This document shows positions 51,754 to 63,672 of a stretch of 64,000 bases of DNA, one piece after another. The position numbers were made by a program, and so were the translations under genes. The notes under the pieces are model-generated. The model saw only the letters and a list, made by a program, of their open reading frames with translations, was not told the origin of the DNA and did not search any database. The stretch comes from Octopus bimaculoides (taxonomy: Eukaryota). Position 1 is the stretch's first letter, and every line of letters begins with the position of its first letter. The stretch is taken from NCBI RefSeq assembly GCF_001194135.2, contig NC_068985.1, forward strand, positions 120,025,043-120,089,042, in the 5' to 3' direction.

Positions 51754-52664
51754 CATACACGCATACACACATACATACATACATACATACATACATACAT
51801 ACATACATACATACGTAGAGTAATAAATACATTGACATATAGAGAGGTGAAGATATAGCACACACATGTGTACATACAGAAATATAGATAGAGGGAAGAA
51901 AGAAACAAATATGATGGACGTGAATTTGAAAGCTGAGAGAAGGAACGTTGTCATCAGGAGTCCATTAGTCACAATCGTTCATAGATCGGAAAAAAGACAC
52001 TCGGCGAAAGAAATGGTAAAACTATAAGTCTCCAAGAAAGATACGCTCACACGCCCCCCCCCCGCTACACGCACACCCACTCGTACACACTCACACACGC
52101 ATACACACGCGCAGACTCCCGTTAGTTTTCTGTATTTTTTGAACTCCATGTAAATTTGTTCTGAATCAATGAATCAATGAAACAATAAAACATTGGTTCA
52201 TTGTTATATTTACGCGAATTTACGAAGCGAGATTATTTTCCAAAATGGAGGCGAACACCTTTCTCCATGGGTTCGGCTTAAAAAATTGTTAAGACACTAG
52301 GATATTTTCCTACTTTCTTAACACGAAACTAATNNNNNNNNNNNNNNNNNNNNNNNNNNNNNNNNNNNNNNNNNNNNNNNNNNNNNNNNNNNNNNNNNNN
52401 NNNNNNNNNNNNNNNNNNNNNNNNNNNNNNNNNNNNNNNNNNNNNNNNNNNNNNNNNNNNNNNNNNNNNNNNNNNNACAGAGGAAAGCGTCAATGCCACA
52501 GATTTGTTTATGGAGAGGCTCAACTTGAAAGGCAGTAATTCACACACTCAATTTTATGACCTTCCTTTGTGTCACACATACAATGAGACATGCAAGATCT
52601 ATGTATGGTAAGTGCCACATACGAAGAACTCGTCCCATTGCTACTTCATAAACTTTTCTGTCAA

Positions 52665-52709
<45 letters not shown>

Positions 52710-53194
52710 ACGTATGTGTGTCTATGGATGCGTATGTATAATTACATTAAATTCATATGCTTATCTTACTGGTGTTTTTGCGACAGATTTTAAAAACGAT
52801 GATGGAGTATTTCCCGAGGCAAATCATTACTTCTAAATAATTCCATTTAACCATCAATGCCAAAGCGATCACCGAAACGTTTGAAATCACCTAAAATTGT
52901 ATTATCGAGTAAACACATAAAACAAAACTACAAAATAAAAATGTAAAGGAAATGTCTTAAATTTATATTACAGGAGTAAATAAAAATAATATTGTTTCTA
53001 TTTTTCGATTCTCTTACTGTCTGCTTTGCCTTTCACTCCGACTTGGAGATAAAACGTATTTATTTATTTATGAATACTGTCTTGCGTTATAAAAGAGAGC
53101 TTCTTATATATAACATTAGCAAGTCAGTCGTCGTCTCTACATTAACTTTAATTCGCTCCCTCCCTCTATCTATCCATCCCTTCGGTCATGAGGA

Positions 53195-53465
53195 ACCTAG
53201 AAAGTTCCCTTCTCGTGCACAAGTCCAGGCAAGGTTGTTAATGGAAGGCCAGAAATCGTTCATGCATACCGGTCTCCCGTTTCTACGCAACCGATGTTAC
53301 CCAAGAGAAAGGCAAAGGCCAATACAGCTTGGCACCAGTAACGTCACAACTCATTTCTACAGCTGAGTGCACTGCAGCAACGTGGAATAAAGTGTCTTGC
53401 TCAAGGAATCGACTTCACTAGCTCATGTTTGTGAGCCCCACGCTCTAACCAGTGAGCCATCCACC
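53195..53465 (-). mobile_element. Third tRNA-SINE family (CORE-like box plus RTE/Ceph-like body), internally deleted
   Basis: Minus: tRNA-like ggtggatggctcactggttagagcgtggggctc.., tccttgagcaagacac, cagctgtagaaatgag..tggtgccaagctg, ggtatgcatg..aacaaccttgcctggacttgtgc. Confidence 0.7.
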
Positions 53466-53902
53466 TTTACATATACATACATACATACATACATACATAC
53501 ATACATACATACATACATACACACACACACATACATACACACATACATACACACACACANNNNNNNNNNNNNNNNNNNNNNNNNNNNNNNNNNNNNNNNN
53601 NNNNNNNNNNNNNNNNNNNNNNNNNNNNNNNNNNNNNNNNNNNNNNNNNNNNNNNNNNNNNNNNNNNNNNNNNNNNNNNNNNNNNNNNNNNNNNNNNNNN
53701 NNNNNNNNNNNNNNNNNNNNNNNNNNNNNNNNNNNNNNNNNNNNNNNNNNNNNNNNNNNNNNNNNNNNNNNNNNNNNNNNNNNNNNNNNNNNNNNNNNNN
53801 NNNNNNNNNNNNNNNNNNNNNNNNNNNNNNNNNNNNNNNNNNNNNNNNNNNNNNNNNNNNNNNNNNNNNNNNNNNNNNNNNNNNNNNNNNNNNNNNNNNN
53901 NN

Positions 53903-53953
<51 letters not shown>

Positions 53954-54042
53954 TATATACATATATATATATATAAATTTATATAAATAAGGATGGGAAT
54001 AAAAACCTCAAAGGTAATAATTATCATAAAAATTATAATTGT

Positions 54043-54310
54043 GTATCTCGGAGATACCACAATGCTTGAAATAGCAGTCAAACTTTGACTCTAAAACCAC
54101 ATTAAATGTTCATATAGCACCAGAAGAGAAGGTAAAGAGACAAAATAAACTAGTCAAAAAATTACTGGATAATTCCAGATCCCGGATTTCTGTCTCTGCA
54201 TAAGGAATGCTCTGCCTTCATCAGTGGAATATACTCAGATTGTACATATCTGTGGTTTTAAAGTCAAAGTTTGACTGCTCTTTCAAGCATGGTGGTGTCT
54301 CTTAGATACC
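54043..54310 (-). mobile_element. Fold-back PLE pseudo-LTR-like element (family 3)
   Basis: 51-bp inverted repeat 54051-54101 / 54251-54301 (4 mismatches) enclosing a hammerhead motif; TA-rich microsatellite flanks. Confidence 0.75.
54172..54230 (-). ncRNA. Type-I hammerhead motif (family 3), stem II slightly degraded
   Basis: Minus: stem I attcca/tggaat (6 bp), CTGATGA (54224-54218), stem II capped by gcat-tcctt-atgc, GAAA (54190-54187), short stem III ATC-cgg-GAT, AUC site. Confidence 0.65.
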
Positions 54311-54966
54311 CTAAATGATAATTTGTGTGTGTATATATATATATATATATAGACATACGTATATATACGCTTATATATGTATACTTATGTTGTTCATCTT
54401 CATGCCACTGATCACTGGTTTATATCTCTGAGCCAAATCTTGCTTAAATTGTGCAAATTGAGTACACCATAATTGTGTTGTACTGCTTTTGTATAAGTAT
54501 TTAGGATCCGCCATGACTACTGGAGATAATGTTGCACAATTGTCGCACTGATAACGCCTGTTTAGGCAGAAAGACTTATCTGTCTATATTCTTATCTCCT
54601 GACAATAAGCCTGTTCGTTTTCTTAATATTTAAGGATGGCTACAAGGAATCGTTCTATCGCTAACAATGGTTTTTATGCATAATTAATCACTTGACAAAT
54701 CAATTAATTCATGAAGAAGCCTTGAAACATTTTTGACACACTTTAAAATTATTATGGTAGGTGTTCAGAGTTTCCAATTAGCATATATTCTGTTGGAAGT
54801 GATTCTGCATAGTATTAGAGTTATACTCATCAATAGTTCTCCATTCAGATAATTTAGTAAATAGAAATTACACCCACGTGGGTTTCTATCGTCTGCACTT
54901 TACATTCTGTTAGCGAGGCTTTTGCATGAAGTACTGAGTTATTTCTTCAATCCCCAATTTCTATTA

Positions 54967-55055
<89 letters not shown>

Positions 55056-55226
55056 CATGTGTGTATTTATACATGCAGTAGGGTCAGTCAAAAGCAGTTG
55101 GATAGTCTTTAATATATTTACTGCATGTATAGACGACTATATATTGTCTGCATGTTAATACAGAGATGACTCGATAATTGATCTACAAACTTTATTACAA
55201 ACTTTATTGATTAATGCGTAATTATA

Positions 55227-55727
55227 GGCGCATGAGTGGCTGTGTGGTAAGTAGCATACTTACCAACCACATGGCCCCGGGTTCAGTCCCACAGCGTGGC
55301 ACCTTGGGCAAGTGTATTCTACTATAGCCTCGGGCCGACCAAAGCCTTGTGAGGATTTTGTTGACGGAAACTGGAAGAAGCTCGTCGTATATGTTTATAT
55401 ATNNNNNNNNNNNNNNNNNNNNNNNNNNNNNNNNNNNNNNNNNNNNNNNNNNNNNNNNNNNNNNNNNNNNNNNNNNNNNNNNNGTGTGTGTGTGTGTGTG
55501 TGTGTGTGTGCATGTATATGTTTGTGTGTCTGTCTCCCCAACGTCGCTTGACAACTGATGCTGGTGAGTTTGCGTCCCCGTAACTTAGCGGTTCGGCAAA
55601 CAGACCGATAGAATAAGTAATAGGCTTATAAATAATAAGCTCTTGGGTTGATTTGCTCGACTCTAAATGCGGTGCTCCAGCATGGCCGCAGTCAAATGAC
55701 TGAAACAAGTAGAAGAGTAAAAGAGTA
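55227..55727 (+). mobile_element. Full-length family-A SINE
   Basis: ggcgcatgagtggctgtgtggtaag..gggttcagtccc..ggcaccttgggcaagtg, microsatellite/gap, 3' body ending aagagtaaaagagta. Confidence 0.93.
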
Positions 55728-55899
55728 TACTGTCCATAAATTGAGATTTAACAGAAAATTCCGATGACAACTACTATTTCAACTCCTTTTTTAAAGCAAC
55801 AAACATTGCTTATAATGCGATAATCAAATAACAGTGATAGAAGAGGTTGTCGAGTACCACTGCTGTTTCAAAAGCCCATTGGATGCGTCTTACGTAACA

Positions 55900-56304
55900 T
55901 TACAAATGTCTTTTAGCTGCCCGATGTACGTTTTCATCATGAACATGCGACTGTTTAGGCTGAAAATAGTCCGCCGTAATGCTGAATGTAAAATAAAACT
56001 GAGCTAGCAGTAAGAATTAAAAATGTGAGAGGGCAAATTGAAATCGGTAAAGACGATCTACGTGCCCTATTCACCGATTACCTAAGCGATATAAATAGAA
56101 GTGTGGCTTCATTTCGGTGTCAGCATACCCAAATTATAAATTTCTAGCAAAAAGACACATTCGTTCTGTATCCATAATGTACTGCCAAGTATATTAAAGG
56201 TTTAGAAGTCAATATTGTGTCATATTGTAGTGGCTGCAGTGGATTATAATCTCATTAAAATATATATGACGTAACTAATGGGCAGCCGGGGCGTCGGAGG
56301 CTAG
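55900..56304 (+). mobile_element. Possible non-autonomous Helitron 3' portion
   Basis: GC-rich gggcagccggggcgtcggagg immediately followed by CTAG|T at 56301-56305; 5' TC end not identified. Confidence 0.35.
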
Positions 56305-57300
56305 TATTTTTATTGCTCAGGATAGATGAATATTAGTGATAAAAGCTTATATAGACGCATTAATTCATACACAGAAAAAAAAAAGAACATATACGTAAGT
56401 TTAAGGTTGATCGGTTTATAGAAAAACGAAGTAGGATTTAGCATGTTACATGGCATTCAGAGGATTTGGAAAGTAACCGAAGTAATGAGTTATCTGTCAG
56501 GAGCGAAATGTGTGGGAAATATATAATCTCAGCCAAATCTCCACATCGCCACGTAGGAGTAACATACAAGATTAATGTGGCATTCAGTGTTTGGTATAAT
56601 GATTAATAAAATTAGTTGAAACGTCTACCAGGGCAGATCATAATTACACTAAATAATGTTAAATAGAAAAGTACGGACACAAAGGCAAATTAAGGTGATT
56701 CTCCTTATGAAATTTTCAGTTACTATAAATAAATAGGATATGATAGAAAGTATGGTTTGTAGCGGGGAAATGTCTTGTGTAATCTGTGTGTACATATACT
56801 AATAAGTTATCTAGCGAGCGGAAGTGAATTTTCTGAACAAGTTAACATTAAATATAAAGTAGGAGGAATTAATCAGAAATGCTAAATGTGAGTAAGGGTT
56901 TTATAAGAGAGGAAGGTATTTCGTAATTTATATTTACGCCTCACCAGTTCAACAAATCTATTAATAATTTTGTCCTCACTGTACATAATCTGCAACCACT
57001 ACTCTTTGGCAAAGTATACCAGAGGGCTACAAGATATACATAATGTTACGTAAGATGCAACTGAAAAGCTTCTGAATCTGCTGTAGTACATTTGGTCTAG
57101 ACCCTCCCACACTTTAGCTAGATGAATATCAACGGTGTGATTTCTAAACAGCCCTTAACTGGTAATAATTTCAGACGTCTTGAATGACCAACGTGAAATG
57201 AATTGCATTGCTGGAGAACACAACCTGTCTCCTAACCCAGAAACCAATGTATGGCCGAATAAGCGTGAGACAGAGACCAGTTTTCTTGGGAAGTTTACAT

Positions 57301-57357
<57 letters not shown>

Positions 57358-57509
57358 GTATATATGATTGCCATAATTATGAAATTTCTCTTTACACTGG
57401 ACTTCGTTCAATGTCGAGCGAGTGATTAAACTTAATCTCAATGTATAACTAGACACACATGGTATTATGAAACATAAATGATCTTTTCTACAATATGCAT
57501 AATGCATGA

Positions 57510-57665
57510 AATTGGTGGGAGGGAGCTGATCGAATTCATCGAACCCACAGTCCAACTGATACTCATTTTATGGACTTCGATGGCATATGATATCAGAAAG
57601 TAAAGCCGAAAAAATGATGCTCAGCATTTTGCCCGGCGTACTAACGGTTCTGCCAGTTCATTGTC
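57510..57665 (-). mobile_element. Degenerate family-B SINE
   Basis: ..gcattttgcccggcgtactaacggttctgccagttc matches the family-B head. Confidence 0.65.
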
Positions 57666-58449
57666 ATATCAAGTATATTATTTCTAAAACGCTAAAAGCT
57701 TTGAATGGAAATATTTTGCACTCACTCAACGTTTCCTAAGGGGTTTTTGCACATGTAGTTGAAACTTTTCTAAATCCTGGTTGTATTGAGTGCTTATTGG
57801 ACAGTTTTGTTATCTTATTTATATATTATTCACTGGCTATAGATTTATAGCTATACCGGAAGAGGACTTCGAAAATGATGTCAAGTGGATTGTTTTCTTT
57901 CATAATTTACCGAATATCATATTTAAGTTTTCTTTCTTTGTAAATGAGATCAAATTTTAACAAACATCTATTTGTTAATGTAAAATACTGCTGTATTTTT
58001 GTGCTTTCATACATCCCTTTATCAATATTATTTCTTTGACTGAAACAAATTTAAACAATTAGCTTTCTTTTTAGATTTGACAAATGTTTGATCTTGTGTT
58101 AAACAATTAAATATCTCTACTATATGTGGGACACCACACATGAGCCATTGGAAGGAGTATCGGTGCGATACCGGCGTGTTGGTGCCCAGACGTTTAATAC
58201 CATGAAACTACTTCTCTGTGTTTGCACGAGTCATGATACAACACTACACGGGGGTGGCAAATATATATAAAAAACTAAGGGGGCAGAACATGGAGGACAA
58301 CAACATAGCATTAGGACGGAAAATTTAAAGATAAAGGCACATATACATTCATAGACACAAACTGACAGACAGACAGGCAGACTCGCACACACACACACAC
58401 ACACACAATACAAATAAACATACAAACACACGTGTGTATATACATACAT

Positions 58450-58636
58450 ATTCTTTTATTATTTTGCTTGTTTCACTCCTTTGACTGCGGCCATGCTGGA
58501 GCACCGCCTTTAGTCAAGCAAATCGATCCCAGAGCTTATAGTAGAAGACTCTTACCCAAGGTGCCAATTAGTGGGACTGAACCCAGGACTATGTGGTTGG
58601 TAAGAAAGCTGCTTACCACACAGCAACTCCTGCGCC
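58450..58636 (-). mobile_element. Family-A SINE lacking its whole middle, including the microsatellite
   Basis: 3' body (..aaatcgatcccagagcttat) joined directly to the head (agtagaagactcttacccaagg..). Confidence 0.85.
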
Positions 58637-59149
58637 TATATATATNNNNNNNNNNNNNNNNNNNNNNNNNNNNNNNNNNNNNNNNNNNNNNNNNNNNNNN
58701 NNNNNNNNNNNNNNNNNNNNNNNNNNNNNNNNNNNNNNNNNNNNNNNNNNNNNNNNNNNNNNNNNNNNNNNNNNNNNNNNNNNNNNNNNNNNNNNNNNNN
58801 NNNNNNNNNNNNNNNNNNNNNNNNNNNNNNNNNNNNNNNNNNNNNNNNNNNNNNNNNNNNNNNNNNNNNNNNNNNNNNNNNNNNNNNNNNNNNNNNNNNN
58901 NNNNNNNNNNNNNNNNNNNNNNNNNNNNNNNNNNNNNNNNNNNNNNNNNNNNNNNNNNNNNNNNNNNNNNNNNNNNNNNNNNNNNNNNNNNNNNNNNNNN
59001 NNNNNNNNNNNNNNNNNNNNNNNNNNNNNNNNNNNNNNNNNNNNNNNNNNNNNNNNNNNNNNNNNNNNNNNNNNNNNNNNNNNNNNNNNNNNNNNNNNNN
59101 NNNNNNNNNNNNNNNNNNNNNNNNNNNNNNNNNNNNNNNNNNNNNNNNN

Positions 59150-59184
<35 letters not shown>

Positions 59185-59365
59185 TATATATATCTTATTT
59201 AAATAAGTGATATTTTATAGCAAAAAGTAATAAATATAATAGACAAAGCAACAAAAATCTCATTTAATTTCAAAATACGATTTTGTATAATTTGAAAATA
59301 CAATGAGTAACAAAGAAGTTAGATTCCAATTTAACTAAAAATGACGATGTATATATACATATATA

Positions 59366-60238
59366 AGAGGGGGTACCCTAAAGTATCCGGACACGTTCTC
59401 TGTGAGACAAGCCAGTTGTAGCCCGGTCTTCTGCCGCTAGATGCCACTTTATGCAACCCTCAGGCATCAGTCTGCCGACCAGCATCGTCGTGTCACGTAG
59501 TATTGGCACGTCGTGCATTTCTATTTTACAGTGCTTCTTCCCTGTTTGTCGATATTTGCGAAGGCTGAAACGAAGGAACAGCGTGCTTCCATGAAATTCT
59601 GTTTACTGATGGAGAAAATGGCGGTCAAATCGGTTGTTATGCTTCAAACAGCCCACAAAGCAAAACACAAGTTTACTAGCGATTTCACGCTTTAGGAATG
59701 GTTACTTGTCGCTTGAAGACCACCTGCTTCAGGGCAGCCGTCGACTCCGCCCCGAATGAATGAAAACGTCAGTAAAATCCATGAACTTGTCTTGGAGGAA
59801 CATAATTGAAAAATTGATAAATTTGTGATATGACTGCAGTGTCTTAGAGCCCCTGCCAACGAATTTTGGGCGAGGAATTGCGAGTGAAATGAGTTGTAGC
59901 AAAATTTATGTTTCATTTGCTCACGGAAGATCAAAAGCACTCACAACTGAAAGAACAGTTTGGAGTTGATCCGGATCTTTATTCGAAGGTCGTCACTGGT
60001 GATGAAAGCAGGTGCTGCAGAATTTGCAGATGAGGAAATGGTGAAGCAAAAAGCGCCAGAGGCGTTAAAAGCATCGCTTCACAAGAGTTCCAGCACTGTT
60101 TCGAAAAGTGAGAAACGCGTCCGGGCCGATGCATTGCTTCAAATGGAGAATATTTGAAACCGATAAAAGTGTAAACATATAAAACTAAGTGAATAAAATA
60201 ACATCGCAAAATACCGGTTTCCTTTTGGTACCCTCTCG
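59366..60238 (+). mobile_element. Internally deleted mariner transposon with both TIRs and TA TSD
   Basis: TA|agagggggtaccctaaagtatccgg ... accggtttccttttggtaccctctcg|TA; EQRASMKFC.., VVAKF..LLTEDQK, SKVVTGDESRC, then a jump to FADEEMVKQKAPEALK. Confidence 0.9.
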
Positions 60239-60928
60239 TATATATATANNNNNNNNNNNNNNNNNNNNNNNNNNNNNNNNNNNNNNNNNNNNNNNNNNNN
60301 NNNNNNNNNNNNNNNNNNNNNNNNNNNNNNNNNNNNNNNNNNNNNNNNNNNNNNNNNNNNNNNNNNNNNNNNNNNNNNNNNNNNNNNNNNNNNNNNNNNN
60401 NNNNNNNNNNNNNNNNNNNNNNNNNNNNNNNNNNNNNNNNNNNNNNNNNNNNNNNNNNNNNNNNNNNNNNNNNNNNNNNNNNNNNNNNNNNNNNNNNNNN
60501 NNNNNNNNNNNNNNNNNNNNNNNNNNNNNNNNNNNNNNNNNNNNNNNNNNNNNNNNNNNNNNNNNNNNNNNNNNNNNNNNNNNNNNNNNNNNNNNNNNNN
60601 NNNNNNNNNNNNNNNNNNNNNNNNNNNNNNNNNNNNNNNNNNNNNNNNNNNNNNNNNNNNNNNNNNNNNNNNNNNNNNNNNNNNNNNNNNNNNNNNNNNN
60701 NNNNNNNNNNNNNNNNNNNNNNNNNNNNNNNNNNNNNNNNNNNNNNNNNNNNNNNNNNNNNNNNNNNNNNNNNNNNNNNNNNNNNNNNNNNNNNNNNNNN
60801 NNNNNNNNNNNNNNNNNNNNNNNNNNNNNNNNNNNNNNNNNNNNNNNNNNNNNNNNNNNNNNNNNNNNNNNNNNNNNNNNNNNNNNNNNNNNNNNNNNNN
60901 NNNNNNNNNNNNNNNNNNNNNNNNNNNN

Positions 60929-60979
<51 letters not shown>

Positions 60980-62044
60980 CATATATATATATACATTTTC
61001 CCTCTCACATTTACATGCATGCATGCTAACACACTCGCACATACGTAAGACCACCCATATATACCCTCAAAGAAATATAAATATAGGCTAAATTAAACGG
61101 CTGATAAAGATTTAAAAAGCAAATATATATGCATCCTTATAAGTAATCTACATAATACACGTACAATACATACATGTAGGATGGGGGAAAAAACAAGTTG
61201 TCTTTTAGCACTGAAGAAGAAGGAAGCCAAGGATGGATGTGAAGATTTTTTTTCGTTGTTTCCTGTAGTGTGAGGTACCCTGGTGTTAATACTACAGCTT
61301 CTTATGTTGAAATGTGTGTGTCATATATTCACATAGGAAAGAACTTGAATTGGTTACTCAGTCTAGATTCTGTTTCAGCAACATATAATAGAAACATGGG
61401 CAACCTCTTTCGAGAAGCGGGCTTCACGAGATAGGGCTCATCGTCAGGCAGGCTGCACTACTAAAATAGCTGAAATGAAATTGTCGTTAGGCGTGCCATT
61501 GTGTAAGTTGCCGGTGACTGATATAGTGTCTGTGTTCAGATATTTATGACGGTCGTCTGCCTTTCTCTATCTTCCTATCTTCCTATCTTTTGAAATATAC
61601 GTATACGCGTGTGTACATGTGACTGCATGTGTTTGTAAGTGAATGTGTATTGACAAAGAATAGCAGTTTGTAAATACAATATAATATGATGGAATGGCAA
61701 GCAAAGAGGAGAAAAGACGATGAAGAAAGAGTTTATTAAAGAGAATAGCAGGTTTTATGTACAACAACTTAAACCAGATCAAAAATGATGAAATTGACAG
61801 ATAAAAATGGCATTTATGGTCCATAATGCCAACATAGGTCAGGTTTAAACTGACAGCACAAGTACAAAAGTACAAAGGAAAACGCATACTTACACACGCG
61901 CGCACACACACACACACACATACACACATATACACATATACACACATATACATACGTACACACAGAAAGACACACACACACACACCTAAATATTTATACA
62001 CACAAACAAATAAATGCATATATATACATACATTGACATACGCG

Positions 62045-62075
<31 letters not shown>

Positions 62076-62791
62076 TATGGACACATATACTTGTGTACAA
62101 TATATAAATACATATATTCATGCGTATGCGTGTGTGTATATATACATAGAAATAGAGAGGGAGAAACAGAAGGAGAGACAGACAGACAGTCAGACAGTCA
62201 AACAGACAATCAGACTGACAGAGAAGCAAAGAGATAGAGAGAGAAACAGTGAGAGACACACACATATCTATACATATATATGTTTATGCGTCGGCAGATG
62301 CACACATGTTTTGGTGCGCATGTGGGTTCGTATGTATGTGTGTGTTTGTGCGTGTGAGGTTGCTTGTGCGGATGTGTGTGACAGCATCTGTTTGCGGAGC
62401 TGCGTTTATTTGAGTATGTATATCTATATATGTGTTTAAAGCCCCCACCAGCAACTGCGCGTTGGTCTGTTTATTTCATGTGTTTTACATTCAGCACTTC
62501 ACGTGAGAGATGAACGTCAGTTTGATGACCAACCGGAAACTGGTTATTTCGTTGTCAGTCAAAATGATTTGGCAAAAAACAACAAAAAAAAAAAAAGAAA
62601 ATCTATTTGAAGTTATAACTCCATCATTATNNNNNNNNNNACAGCATGACAAAGCATGTTTTTAGCATACACACATATATATTTAACGGCCAATATGATC
62701 ACGAATCTGAAACCATTTGAATATTTTGGGGTACGACGTTGGAAATCACACACACACACACGCACTCGCACACGCACGCATACACACACAC

Positions 62792-62850
<59 letters not shown>

Positions 62851-63080
62851 TACACATATACATTGGAAATCCGGGATAGCACTCGAAGCCCAGGCTTCTG
62901 CTTGATTTGCCTATCCTGTGGAAGTATAATATCAAACGAAGGTCTTAATATGGTGTCGTTCTCTATTTATTTCAAGCATAAATGCATATATAACACATTC
63001 TACATATTTTCAATGCAATAATGCTGTTTATCCTTGTATGTTTCGGCACTGTTACGTAAATATGCATATATGAATGTGTG

Positions 63081-63119
<39 letters not shown>

Positions 63120-63569
63120 ACATGCATAGATCCACATATTCATAAATAAGTAAATATATATNNNNNNNNNNNNNNNNNNNNNNNNNNNNNNNNNNNNNNN
63201 NNNNNNNNNNNNNNNNNNNNNNNNNNNNNNNNNNNNNNNNNNNNNNNNNNNNNNNNNNNNNNNNNNNNNNNNNNNNNNNNNNNNNNNNNNNNNNNNNNNN
63301 NNNNNNNNNNNNNNNNNNNNNNNNNNNNNNNNNNNNNNNNNNNNNNNNNNNNNNNNNNNNNNNNNNNNNNNNNNNNNNNNNNNNNNNNNNNNNNNNNNNN
63401 NNNNNNNNNNNNNNNNNNNNNNNNNNNNNNNNNNNNNNNNNNNNNNNNNNNNNNNNNNNNNNNNNNNNNNNNNNNNNNNNNNNNNNNNNNNNNNNNNNNN
63501 NNNNNNNNNNNNNNNNNNNNNNNNNNNNNNNNNNNNNNNNNNNNNNNNNNNAAAAAAAAAAAAAAAAGA

Positions 63570-63637
63570 AAATTAACACCAAATATACAGTGCGTGTGTT
63601 TTTATTGGCTAAACTGGCAATATGACCATCCCCAAGT

Positions 63638-63644
<7 letters not shown>
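63570..63644 (+). mobile_element. 3' fragment of the family-2 pseudo-LTR element
   Basis: 75 bp identical to 35901-35975. Confidence 0.85.

Positions 63645-63672
<28 letters not shown>

Noticed and set aside
52100-52333. Possible Tc1/pogo MITE from ttagttt..aaactaa ends
   Set aside because: The inverted match is only about 10 bp and the right end runs into an N-gap.
63082-63120. (CGTG)n tract as a regulatory CpG island or Z-DNA element
   Set aside because: It is a short simple repeat derived from (TG)n slippage, with nothing to indicate function.
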